From the NCBI GenBank assembly GCA_964106645.2, contig OZ067038.1: a stretch of 64,000 nucleotides of DNA; one strand, written 5' to 3'. The notes beneath the pieces are model-generated. The model worked only from the letters and a program-made list of their open reading frames with translations. It searched no databases and was not told the DNA's origin. The stretch is from Podarcis pityusensis (taxonomy: Eukaryota). Position numbers and translations under genes: made by a program. Numbering within the stretch: the stretch's first letter is position 1; each line of letters opens with the position of its first letter. Shown here in pieces: positions 14,120 to 26,229 of this stretch.

Positions 14120-16389
14120 CCTATTGTTTCATTCCCTCGTCACCAAGAGACACCCATTCATTGTGCCATGTCCAAGCACCAGTGGTTCTAGGCTCCAACC
14201 ATCCCCTTTTATTGGTGTCTTTTTCTTCACTAACCCTGCCTGGCCCACAATCTACGACATTCCCTTTCCTTGCAGCCCTATATGACTGGGCCTGTTGCTC
14301 CTGATCTGCTTCCAAAGGACACCTCCCTCCTCCTGCCAAGCTCTCTTTTCTCTGGGTATGTGGCTGGCACTGGCAGCAGAGGCAAGGGCAGCAAAGGACA
14401 AGTCTCTTGTCTTGAACAGCTTGGGACCTGTATCTGAGTTTTGATCCAGTCTGGCCATTCATCTTTTGTTTACAAGTCTGATGTGATACCATAAATATTC
14501 TGTATAATTCTATATTCTCCTTGGTCCTCCCCCCCCCCCCCCCGATGTGCTGCACTGAGCTCAGCTGACGTTTACCATATTGTTCTCCACTCATGATCTA
14601 GCTCTCTTAAGACTAGCCACAAACTAGCTGTAAACCATTAACAAACCTTGGTTACAGCTCATGGATAGGCTTGAAAAAGTGCTGAACTATGAGTCGAGAT
14701 TTGGATGACTGGGGAAGACTACAAGCTCCTCCCTAGGAGCTTGCTCATACTTGCTATGTTATGGTTTGGCTTAGCATGATGTGCCAACCAGGACTGTATT
14801 TCCCATGGTTGCTATATGGTATCCTCAGGTCCAGAGATGCTCTGGTTTGGTTTGCTGTGGAGCAAACAACAGAGGAGGACCATTGCCATTGTTTGGAGGC
14901 TTCCTGCTAACCACTGTTGGTAAGGAATTTTAGATTAGATGGACCCCCTATTCCTGATTGAGTAGGTCACATCTTAAGAAGATATGAAGCCACTTTATAA
15001 TCTCACACAATGATCTAGTACAGTACTGTCTGCTCCAGCCTGCCCTTCCAGTAGCTGGAGACTCCCAACTCCCACCAGCCTCCCTTAGCACAGCCAGTGG
15101 TGAGAGTTACACTCCAAAACATCTGGAGAACACTAGGTTGGGGAAGGCTGGTTTACTCTGAATGGTTACAGCTCTATTACATCTTGGGCATAGGTCCCAG
15201 ACCTGCAACCAAAAAATATTTTACGTCAAGATGCCATGTATTGAACCTGGAACATCTGCATGAGGGAGGAAAGGTGTTTGGTCAAGCTATCTTCTTGTTC
15301 ATTTATATTTATTGCAGTTTGGGGGATTTTTAAACATTCTTTGTGCTTTTAGTGCAGAAATCCCAGATTCCTGCATGTGAAGCCTACTTGCATACTCAGC
15401 AGAATTAAATTTAGGAGAACCCTCACACATAATTTTGCCCTTGGGGCTGCATGGGGTGTGTGTCTTTTCCTCACTCAGCTGGTTGGCAACTTGTGAGTAC
15501 TATGATCAGCCAATATATAGGCAGGACAGAAAATCCCCTTCCTCATATTATGGATCATTACAATCATGATTACCAGCAGACTGATAACCCTTGCTTGTGT
15601 GTATGGCCCTTTTGGAACTCTCACTTGGAAGCGCAGTATCTAAAACAGCAGGTGCTTAGGTTTTAATAGCGTGCGCTATTGCAGCCCAAACAACCTGGCT
15701 GAGCAGGGAATGGTGTAAGGAGCTGCAACCTAATGCATGATGTAAACAACTCCTATTACAATATGCATTCCTGCTGAACAGAACACAACACCATCAAAGG
15801 ACTGTAGAAGCTATTGCTAATTAATGGAACATGAATGGCTGATTAGATGATTTGAAATATTCGCCCATAACCTTGGCTAAAAGATCTGACAGCAGAACCC
15901 AGAATATTCTGCACAAAGCAGGCAGGAGATATTCCGCCCCCCCCTCTCTGAATCATCAGTGTCTTGGCAGGTTATCATTGAAATGATCGATGGGTTACTC
16001 CCATCAACAGCATTTACATCTCATCCATATGTACTTGAATGCCCGAATCACCCTCATGCAGGTTCCACCTTGTCATTAGATCTTGCTTTCTTTGAAATAT
16101 GTTGTGGTTAAAACACAGATGAAATATGCTGTGGCTAAAGCACAGCTTTTGAACAGGGAGGTTTGAAGAAACAAAAATAAAATACTAGAGATGGCTTTGG
16201 AAACCTCTGTATCATCATAGACCATTGATTGTTAACCCTCTGTGCCCCTTCCCACTATGTCAGAGGTGTTAGGGGTGCCCTGTCTGACCACCACTTTGGT
16301 TCATTTAGAATGGAAGGAATGGCAGAGCTCCGGGAAATTCTGCGTAACATTCCATCTCCCATTTTCTAACCTGTTGTGCCTTCCTGATT

Positions 16390-16960
16390 ACTGTGTGAGA
16401 CAACAACATCCTCGCTGTAAGTTGTGACAAACAACGCATTACAATTTTTGGCACATCAAGCACAGAACACGAGCTTTATCTTGCCTTGCTGGCAGGCGCT
16501 CACCTCACCAAACACAGCAGATTCCATTGTTCAAAACAGTGTCAGGTCTAAGTGTCAGGTCCACTTTGAAATCTCCCTGCCCCAACACTTGGTCATATCC
16601 ATTTTGTAGACTTAAACAGACTTTACAGTCCCTCTTCCCTGAAAATTGTGCATCTGATGTGGGACGGGTGGTGGTGTGGGGGAAGAGATCTCTTATAAAT
16701 CACAGCATGTTGACTAAACTACCATTTCCAGAATTCTCGGTCATGAAAGGTATAAAACCAATGTGACTTTGCCGTATAGATGGGGTCCTCTTCCTAATTG
16801 CCTTTTCACTCCTCTGTGTTTTTAAGAAAATCTCAATTGCCTCGAAGTCCAATGTGTGTCTGTCTCTGTGGTTTCTACCATGTGGTTCCCCTCTGTTAAA
16901 TAAACCATTTCTTTCTCCTCCAAGGATCCACTTCTTCAGCAACTCCTTTGCTGAGCTTCA
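16390..16960 (+). mobile_element. Possible solo LTR (5' boundary uncertain)
   Basis: TATAAAA at ~16751, AATAAA at ~16899, ends ...CA at 16960; U3-R-U5-like order. No convincing TSD found. Confidence 0.35.
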
Positions 16961-18044
16961 CTTAGAATCAGAGAATTGTAGAGTTGGAAGGGACCACACT
17001 TAACTGCCCCTTTACTGCCCTCTGACTCTTCCTTAGCCCATTCTCTACTACCTATCTGTCAACTCCTTATGTCTCCACCCCACCTTATCTATCTAATGTA
17101 CATGACAAAATTTGAGGTCAGGGATTCTTACCACTATGATGCTTCTGCATAGCACTGAATCAGATGCTTAAAGACCCCTTCCTATACAGGAATGACCTTA
17201 CTGGGTTGGTGGGTGGAAGGGGATGAATGATTTCGGGACCAAGAAAATACCTCAAATTAATGAAACAATCAGAAACTTACAGTAGGATCCAGATTGTGTT
17301 TTCCTTTCTGTAAAGATCAATATTTATTTAATTAGCCAAAAGAATGGAAAGGGGCGGGAGAAAAGAGAAGCAGGGGAGGGGAAGAATCTAATTTGTGAGA
17401 CATGATTTACCTTCTACAAGTTCATGCTGACTTGCACTTAACAAAAGTGCTTTCTTATTAACCCTCCTCCAACTTTCTGCCAATGCAATCTTCCAAAACT
17501 TTTCTTTTTTCTTTTTTTGCTTATATCAGGCAAAATAATTTTACAAGGAGCAAAGCATCTCTGAGTTGACTTTAAGAAAGAATGAGTATCTCCCTGCCCT
17601 TCACTATCTATATTGCAACTACACCCACAAATCAGGTGGGCTTCTTAGTGTGCAAAGACAATGGATGAACATAGACACATGTATTCAGGATTCATGAGAA
17701 CTTCAAAGAGTCAAATTCCTGAGGCCTGGTTTATAAGGTGGAGAGTCACAAATAAGCAACTGAGCAAGTCCGGACATCAAGTTAAGTCTAGCATGCAAGC
17801 CCATAGAACAGGGCTGGTCCAACACATTTTGCTGCTTGAGCAGGAGGACAAATTTGGTGGTCCCCATTTCTACACAACAAAGCTGACTTGACTGGCAGCT
17901 GAATCTTATTTCAACACTGACAAGGCACCTGAGGGCAGCAGGCTCACTTGGAGAACACAAAGTGTAGTCTTCATGGCACACACAGCTAGGAAGCTGCCTT
18001 TAACAGAGTCAGACTATTGGTCCATGTAACAGTACTGTCGACAC

Positions 18045-18355
18045 CATGGACAGCCAACATGGTGCCTTCCAGATGTTACCACGTTCACCATTTTAATGAA
18101 AAAAAAATAAGCAACAGGGGAGAGGGTAGGTAGGAGCTGTCTGGTTACATGGTTTGCACATACTGTTGGAATACCATGCTCTTCTGCTACATGGGCATAT
18201 GGTCAAGCCCACAATGCTTGCCTTCAGTGCAAGTTGCCTAATGTAGGGGCCCTCCAGGTATTTTGGACTCCCAACAGAATGACCAATGTTCAGGGAATAT
18301 AAGGAGTCTAGTGGTGCCATCCACCAACTGGAAGGCACCACATTACCTACCCTAG
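18045..18355. mobile_element. Old composite hAT-type MITE nested inside a tRNA-derived SINE (SINE halves at ~17988-18044 and ~18356-18445)
   Basis: Degenerate 8-bp TSD gtcgacac / gtctgcac. The flanks rejoin into the SINE family seen at 42570-42737. Confidence 0.6.
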
Positions 18356-20743
18356 GTCTGCACGGACTGCCAGTAGCTCCACAGGATATAATCAGGGATA
18401 TTCAAAGCTCTACCTTGAAATACTGCAGACTGAATCCAGGGCATTTCCTCGGAAACTATTTTTAGTACAGTTAGCGATCCTGTGTTAAAGAACTGTGACA
18501 CACTAATTGTTCTGCATTCTTTAGCTTAGCCATAACATAAGCATCACTTACGTTAGAGAAGTTTTAGAAATGGGGAGCATGCAGTCATAAAATCTCCCAT
18601 CCACACTCTGAAGGGGTACAGTCCTAGGGGGGTTGTACTATAGGATCCCTCTGAATTTGTTAGAGGAGACCTCTAAGTTTCCCTAACTAAGTAGACCTCA
18701 AGGTTTAAATTTCTTAGCTTCATGCATTTCATTTTTTGTGAAGAGAAAATTGCTGTTCATTGATTCCAGATCTTTTGACACATGCTTTCTCATCCACCAA
18801 GATCCACATCACCAAAAATGTGCATTGAACTATTTCTGGAACACAATTTTGTCCTAATATTAGGAGATTTAAGCTTCCCTTGAAAATTAACCATTTTCCT
18901 CAGAAAACAAGCAAGAAATTATGTGAGGAAGCAAAACGGACGATTCCTTACGTCTCAGAAAGAAATTGTCATTGATAAGGAAGGCCAACTTAGCCAGTGC
19001 AGCTCTGGAAATAATAAGGTCTTGTTATTTTTCCAGACATCTGTTGGACATGTAGCTTGTTAATCTAGACTTCAAAATAATTATTGATGCAACAGAGCTG
19101 GATTTAGGATTATCAAGGGTTAGTAACTGCCTGTGACACCACTGCCAATAAGGACAGGAGGAAACTCTCACTTGAGAGAAAGAGGCAGTTCAAATGCAGA
19201 GCTGACCTCTTCCACACAGGTGAAGAGTACATCTCTGTAGGCAAGGGAGCTCCATCAATGAACTGCTGCACACGGCCTGAGAGAAGTGGGTAGGCCTGGG
19301 TGATCTATCCCCATTTGTTTGTTGGCAGTTGGTAAATTTTTCATTTGGAATTTGGCAGCTGCAGGTCAGGTAAGCTGCTTCTGAAGAATTTAGCTAACAG
19401 GCTCCAAAAACAAACAGGTTGATAAGATGAAGGGTTGCTTCCGGTTGCCAAAACCTATATTTCAGCTCTGAAGGACATTTTTTAAAATTGTTTCGATGCA
19501 GTGGCACTAACTGAGAAATCCTTAAAAACGTTCTTGCTTTTTCTTTATCGCCAGGGCCATTTGGAAGCCTTACTTGCCAAGGAAGCTCCGAATCCAATGA
19601 GTGGTCTATTTGCAACCCGCTCCACTTTCTGTACCTGCTGCCTGTTTTTAAAACTATGAATAGCAATCTTTCTGCTCTTGCTCTCTGCAAGTTAATTAAT
19701 TGCTTTTAAGAGGTATTTCCCCCTGCCTACAAGTTACTTTGTTGATTACAGATGCTGGGTGCTTTATTATGTGTTAATTACTACTGGGATACTTGCTAGC
19801 ATGTCAGGTTCATTTCTTGATAACAGAAATGCCAGATTTCTATTGAAAAAAGAGGTTGCCAAGGCAACCAATACACTCTGGAGATAACTCTCTTTTGGAT
19901 AGGCCTTCTAAGTAAGCAAAGAATGTGGTCAGAAAAAGGTGGTGTTTTATGTGGACATCATCATAACAATCTATGGCCTTTTAAACTGTGGGTGTGGGGG
20001 TTATTGCTTCGTTTCTTGTTATGTGTTTTTGTGTTTTTATACAGTAAACCGTCATGTGATCATTGGCTGAAGGGCTGTATGGAAATTCAATAAATAAAAA
20101 ACAAGAACTGTACAAATGTAGCTATTATTTGATCCCTTCTAAGAAGCAACATGGGAGAAAATTTGGATGGGCCACGAGAGAGGATAGGAAAACAATATTA
20201 TGTATGTAAAGATATATGCAAACATAGCAGAGCACAGCCCAATGGTTCCAAATCTAAATCCTGAACCTTCAGTAGGATGCTGGGCTTATCTCCACAATTT
20301 AAATACTGATACACCATGGCCCTTCAGAAACATGTGTTAGTAATGTTACCTAGCATATGTTTGCAATGAAGGTGATGAAGAAAGCAAGCTCACTCAATGA
20401 TGGAGAAACAGGCTAGTCAACCACAGCAAGAAAACATCACTTAGTTTCAACCACTGCTCTTTGGATTGAGGCTTGAACCCAGCTACACAATCAGAAGAAC
20501 CACGTGGTAAAGTTCCTGCTGTGCAGAACAATTTCAGTGCTTCCGCATAATTCCCTGCATGTCAAAAAGATGGCAAAGTTACCTACCCCACCTGTTTCAG
20601 CTGATCATGTAGCTCAGCTCTTAAGTGTGCTGGGAAAACTTGCTGAAGCAAACTGTACCAAACAAAGGTTATGAGCCACTAGGATGTGCTGCAAATGAAT
20701 TCAGTGGTATAACATAGACCTTTGGGCAGATGAAGCCTCTTAC

Positions 20744-20949
20744 CTTGAATTCCATAGGTGTGTATTTCTCATTCTTGGGAGTTGTGTTGCCTTTGTAATG
20801 GAGATGATTGGGAGTGGTGGGATGGATAACAGTTGACTCCTGAGATTGCCTCTGGCAACGCTGGCAGTACACATAGATAACAAAGGTTAAGAGGCTAGAA
20901 CCAAAGAAGCAGGAGACCCCTGTGGCAATTAGGTGGATGAGGCTGAAAC
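20744..20949 (-). CDS. SEMA5B: SEMA5B transmembrane and juxtamembrane exon (GFSLIHLIATGVSCFFGSSLLTFVIYVYCQRCQRQSQESTVIHPTTPNHLHYKGNTTPKNEKYTPMEFK), 206 nt
   Basis: Inside ORF 20669..21154. CTAAC branch point, acceptor ttcttctctag, donor AAG|gtaaga. The tail sequence is diagnostic of SEMA5B rather than SEMA5A. Phase 1 to 0. Confidence 0.97.
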
Positions 20950-23898
20950 CTAGAGAAGAAAGTGTGGTAAGAGATGCTGTGGTTAGAGACATAAACAAGA
21001 ACAAAAACACTTTCAACAACAATAAACCACTCAAGAGGGTGATTTTCTGTTTCCTAGGCATAAGGAAAATGTGTTTCTGAAAGAAGCCAGTGTCTTGCAT
21101 GGTAACACCCACTAACAGACGCTTCCTTCCTTTGCTATCAAGTCTGCTCATCACAGTTCTGCTTCAGTGGCATCATACGCTGCTTTCTTAAAGCTATTCC
21201 TTTCTCCTCCAATTGATACTGAAACTAAACATTAAGCTGACAGGCAGAGAAATGAGGTATACAAACAATACACAGCAACAGGTTCCAAAGAATGTGCACG
21301 TCATGGAAACTGGGAGGTGGGTGGTAAACTCAGAATTTCTCAAATCAGAAGAAAGGAAGGCCTTCTGACCTACCTAAAATGCACAAGGAATGAAAAAGTG
21401 GAAGTGGCTGATAAGGTGTGGTAGGTCTAGGCTGATTCCCTATTTGAGGAGGTTCTTGGCAAAGTGCTCTTGGGTGGGCCCCTCCTCTGTCAGGGGATTT
21501 ACCTGGCACTGGGTGACAGGGAGTAGTGGCAGGATTCTGAGCAGATACATCTAACTGCCATTAAAATTTCCACAATGCCCCAGAGTGTTAGGGACACAAA
21601 TATGATTGCTAGGTGCTCAGAGTGCTCAGATGAAAAATATGTATTTTTAAAGGGGGCTTCAGCAGTAGCCATTTCGGGGCTCTGGAAGCCCAAGGATGCT
21701 GAGCGCTCATGCTAGCACTGAATGTAAGCCTGCAAAATGCTACCACCACTGAGAAGGAGGAGAGCTCATTGCTCTTTCTATGAGACCTCTGCTCAGGGCA
21801 GCCAAGGCAGGGGACCTGCTTGGCATTGCACAAGCCACCCCCTGGCTGCCTCCAATGTATGCTGGCTGCTAAGGATACAGGATTCCCCACCCTCCCACCC
21901 CAGCCTGGTTTTTTGGTCTCTGATCAGCTTCCGCTTCTCCAGCCATCTCTGAGAAGGAATTGCCATGCTGCCTTCTCTACTGAAAGCCTGCATGTGCTCT
22001 TGCTGATACTTTCTCCACTAGCCACAGAAAGGGAGGCTCCTGGGAGAAAAAACAGGATGCGGCAAGAACAAGGGATAACACTGAATATTGCCTGGCTTGG
22101 TTTCTTGGTGAGCAATGAAAGCAGAACCCCAGCTGCAAGCTGACACCACTGACGCAGGTACCCCGTAAAGATTTCAAAGAAGAAAGTTCCTAGTGCATAA
22201 AACATTCCCCAACACAAATAAGTAGACATATAGATTTCAAAACTCTTCCATTCCAGTGGGTTACCAAGGAGATGTTCTACTGAGAAAGAGGAATGCAAAG
22301 GAGTAAACAACAACAAAAGCCAGTGACAAATTCTAAGAATCATGAAATTGAAAAGTCACTTGAGGATAAGGTTTCCTAGGCCCTACTTTCAGCATCAATG
22401 TGACACTTTAACATGGCTTTTGCCAAGGTGAGTTGTAGTTGGTGAGGTGCTAAGAATTCTCTGGTGCTCTGGTACTGAGCAGCTGATTCCTCAAAACTAT
22501 TCATCCTCAGTCCTGTCCCTTACAAGGTCTCTCTGCCTTTCAGCTGTGCCTCCATGGCACCTGGCTAAATATTTGAAAAACATGAGCATTCTATGAATCT
22601 GCAGGCTGATGCTTCTGGTTTTGCCCATAACTCAGATTCCCCCTTGTTTCACGTGTGAGAGGGCAGCAGGCTGAATTTCTAATGATTCTATCTTTGCCAG
22701 ATATTCAGAGATGCTAAGGGATAAATAATATCCCCATGCATTATATAAACAAATAAGACTGCAATGGCAGAAGAGGGCAGTGAAAATATCAATACCAATG
22801 CATAATGATGAATATAAGGTTAATAAGGAGACCCTGAGCTGAGGCACACACCTGGCAGGAGGAATGGGGACACAAGAAAACCAACCGTGCTGCTAATGGA
22901 ACTGGAGTCTTAATTCCGTTGCTTCCCCTGCAGTCACACACACTAGATGGGAAGGTCTGCCGATGGAGCATTTTGTCTTTTCTGTCATTGCTGTAATGCT
23001 TTTCGTACAGAGAGTGACTAATGCGCAGGCCAAGAGCTGTCCAAGCGGTTCGTCAGGAAAGCTGCTTACTTGTGGGAGCTGTTGTGCAAAACCACTGAAG
23101 CACCATGGTGCTTTTGGATGACCCAAAATCTGCTCCTGACAATTATATCTACTATAAATTTGGTGATCAGTTTCATGACGGCTGCAACAAAAGCTTAAAT
23201 CACCCATTGGCATGGTATGCACAGTATGTTTATGGATTAATAAGTCAAGATCTGCAACGAGCTGCGGTAGGAGTGCAGGGAGCTCGTTTCCCTCTGCTTC
23301 AGTTATCTCCGCACAATTAGCTGAAAAAGCCAGAATTCTGCTCTTAACCATAGTTCCCTACTAAAACTGAACTTTCAAAGTACCAGAACAAGTGCCTTCT
23401 GTTAGCTAAGCTGCTATTTTTCTCCTATTCAGAAAGATGGTAGGTATCAAAAAGCACAATGCGAGAAGCAAGGAAGGTTGCTTTCTCTTCTGGCTCTTCA
23501 ACAGACTCTGCTAGCTATCAAGCGACCTGCAGGAAATGCACAAAGAAAATGCAATTCCCTGAACTCTAAAGAAGTCAGATAAAATTAGTGGCATGGCAAC
23601 TGCTTTTCCGGTAATCAAGGTTTTGCATTGGCTGTCTAATCCTGTTTCCAATGGCAAGATAGCCATCGATTTTGCATTGGGTTCATTCGTAGAGACAACT
23701 TAAGAATTCACTGCAGTCTTATTATACGAGCTACCCTGGTACAAACTCAGATTATTACACTGTGAACTACTGAAGCAATCCCCGTGCATTCATTTCTCCC
23801 CCTCTCTACCCTCGAAAACCCCTGGAGGTGGGAATTGAGATGTGGGAATGCTCTTACACAGAAAGGGAGGGAGATAGGTATGTGTTGTTGTGTATATG

Positions 23899-23952
<54 letters not shown>
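23899..23952. repeat. Compound (GT)11(GA)16 microsatellite
   Basis: Direct observation. Confidence 0.97.
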
Positions 23953-23955
<3 letters not shown>

Positions 23956-24640
23956 TGAGAGATTTGGTATGCTCGTTTATGCTTGTGTGGGAGAGAGACA
24001 GTAGCAACCAAGGCTACTTTCACTTCAAAAGGTGGTTGGGTGCAAATCTCATCTTCCTGGGGGTGGCAAACACCATTCATAGACCTTTGTACATGGTAAA
24101 TGAGAGACAAACACAGAAGCACCCACTACATTCAACAGTGCTCAAGAAGTTAAAACATTTGTACAATTAACAAGGGATGTGTCGGATACAACCTGCGAAA
24201 CTTTGCCAGTCTTATCAAAATTATTTTTGCTTCCCCTTAAAAGCTTTGGAATTTTCTCCTGAACAGGAACCCGTATCAATGTTTTGCTTATAATGAAATT
24301 CAGTGACAACTCTACAATTAACTGAGCGCTCAGGAAAATGAGGAATCTCTCTTCATCTTTTCCAGTCCATTTAAAAAGGAGCTGCAGTGGAAAGGACTGT
24401 GATCTCCCTGGTAATTAATTATTCTGAGATGCTCCCTCCCCCAAATTAAATTCTTATACCAGAAAACTGAATCACAGATACTTTCTCCCCTCCCTTCCTC
24501 CCCTCAGACAATCGGACTCCAGTGGAATTAAGGCTATCAACGGGATGTGCACTGCACAGATTAATGGTTGGGTTGATGCTTCCCAGAAAAGAGGAGTCAT
24601 GTTAAGATAAAAATAAGATCTATAGTTAGCTGTACTCTAC

Positions 24641-24685
24641 CTCCACAGTTCGTGCTCTCGTCAATGCTTGAGGCTGGCAGGATTA
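24641..24685 (-). CDS. SEMA5B: SEMA5B 45-nt stalk exon (VILPASSIDESTNCG)
   Basis: Hand translation resembles mammalian SEMA5B VILPASS.... Acceptor tttctctttgtttag, donor GAG|gtagag. Phase 1 to 1. Confidence 0.93.
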
Positions 24686-25814
24686 CTAAACAAAGAGAAA
24701 AACAGTGGGGAGAAAAATGTCATTTTTGTCATCTGCGACATTGTGCAGGCAATTAAAATCCCTTTGCTCAATGCAAGGCAAGTTAATCTCTGCAGCAAAT
24801 GGAGGGCCTCCCAGAGGTTTGGCAAAAAACACAGAATGTAATATAGTGAAAAAAAGTTTTAAAAAGAGCATACTCTCTATTGCATGAGAAAATTGTCTGG
24901 ATTGCAAACTATCCAAATACAACACAATAAGCGTCCTTAGAACTGTTTAATTCTGGCAAGAACTGTGCAAATTACAGAAATATAGAGATATAAAAAAAGA
25001 CTCAAATGAGGCATTTAAGTTGTGCTCATAAAATACCTGAATAAATGTGAATACCGTATGATCCAATTGAAAAATATTTTGACCAATGTATGACACAGAC
25101 AGACGACCTTGCTATCTAAGGATGTTTGTATAGCGTAGTTTATTCTGAGAACTTATTCTATAAATGATCAGTTACCTTGAATTACGTCCATCAGATATAG
25201 TGAGGACACTGGTTTAGATGGCCTTTTAACGTGTTAGACAAATGTATGGTTTTTCAGGAACTGAACAGAACCTGCATGTTCATATATCTCTAGATACCAA
25301 ATAATGAGCAGAGGTGTCATACTCTTTCCTTTCTCATGGGCCTCCTAGGAACATCTGTCTGTCCTCTGCTGGAAGCAGCATGCTGGTTCTAATTTTATCC
25401 AATCCAGCACAACTTGCCTCGTGCATTTAATTTCTGTTTGTGGTGCAGAATACAAAACTCCCTGATTATATAAGATTTATTAGTCACAGAATCCTTCCCA
25501 TCCCTAGATGGAGGTTAGCTATAATTCTAAACAGTCTACAACTACACCAAAGTTGCTGCCATTTCATTTCCACACATGGGATCCTAAAAATCCTCCTGAA
25601 TCTCTTTCCTTCTGCAGGATGCCTTCTCTTTGCATAACTGAACTAATGGAATACTAGGCAGCATTCAATATACTCACTGCCTTACAAAACACAATCCTAT
25701 CAATATTAAAAGTGGCAATCAGTTCTTTTCAGTAAGGCATCCATCTCAGCAATTAGTGGAGCCCTCTAAACCGAGCCCTTTCCTTGCTCATTTAGCATGC
25801 AAAGTTGCACCCAC

Positions 25815-25964
25815 CTGGGATCTCATTGTACAAGCAGTCCTGGTATTGTGTGCTGTTCCCAGCACATTGGGAAGATCCTGGATTGTGGATTTCACAGTAA
25901 CGACTACGATACTGGATCCCATCTTCGTTACACAAGCTCCATTCAGACCATTCGGACCAGCCTC
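25815..25964 (-). CDS. SEMA5B: SEMA5B coding exon, last TSR (GGWSEWSEWSLCNEDGIQYRSRYCEIHNPGSSQCAGNSTQYQDCLYNEIP), 150 nt
   Basis: Hand translation. Acceptor tctctcattcttaag, donor CAG|gtgggt. WSxWSxW motif. Phase 1 to 1. Confidence 0.95.
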
Positions 25965-26229
25965 CTTAAGAATGAGAGATAAGACTTAAGCCAAGAAAAA
26001 AACATGAGGGATAAGCAAAGGACAAAAGGTCACATAGTTTTTGAATATGGAAACCCAACTGAGCATTTAGAAATAATGTCAAATACCCATGAACAGGGGA
26101 AGTCTGTTTTGAGAAGCATAAAGTAGACTGGAAAATGACAAAACTAGTTGTCTAGTTCTGTGATTCAGAACTTGGAAAAATGCTCTGCAACTGTCTTCTC
26201 AGCCGAGCTATTGTTTGGGAACAGACAGA

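Noticed and set aside
14121-14594. 157-aa minus ORF, and similar long ORFs at 22893-23351, 44249-44704 and 23784-24170
   Set aside because: No recognisable domains, low-complexity or microsatellite-derived, no coherent splice structure; expected by chance in 64 kb.
20950-21154. In-frame upstream extension of the TM exon (ORF 20669..21154) and an alternative AG 27 nt upstream
   Set aside because: Intronic read-through with no homology. The upstream AG lies only a few nt after the likely CTAAC branch point, so it is probably unusable.
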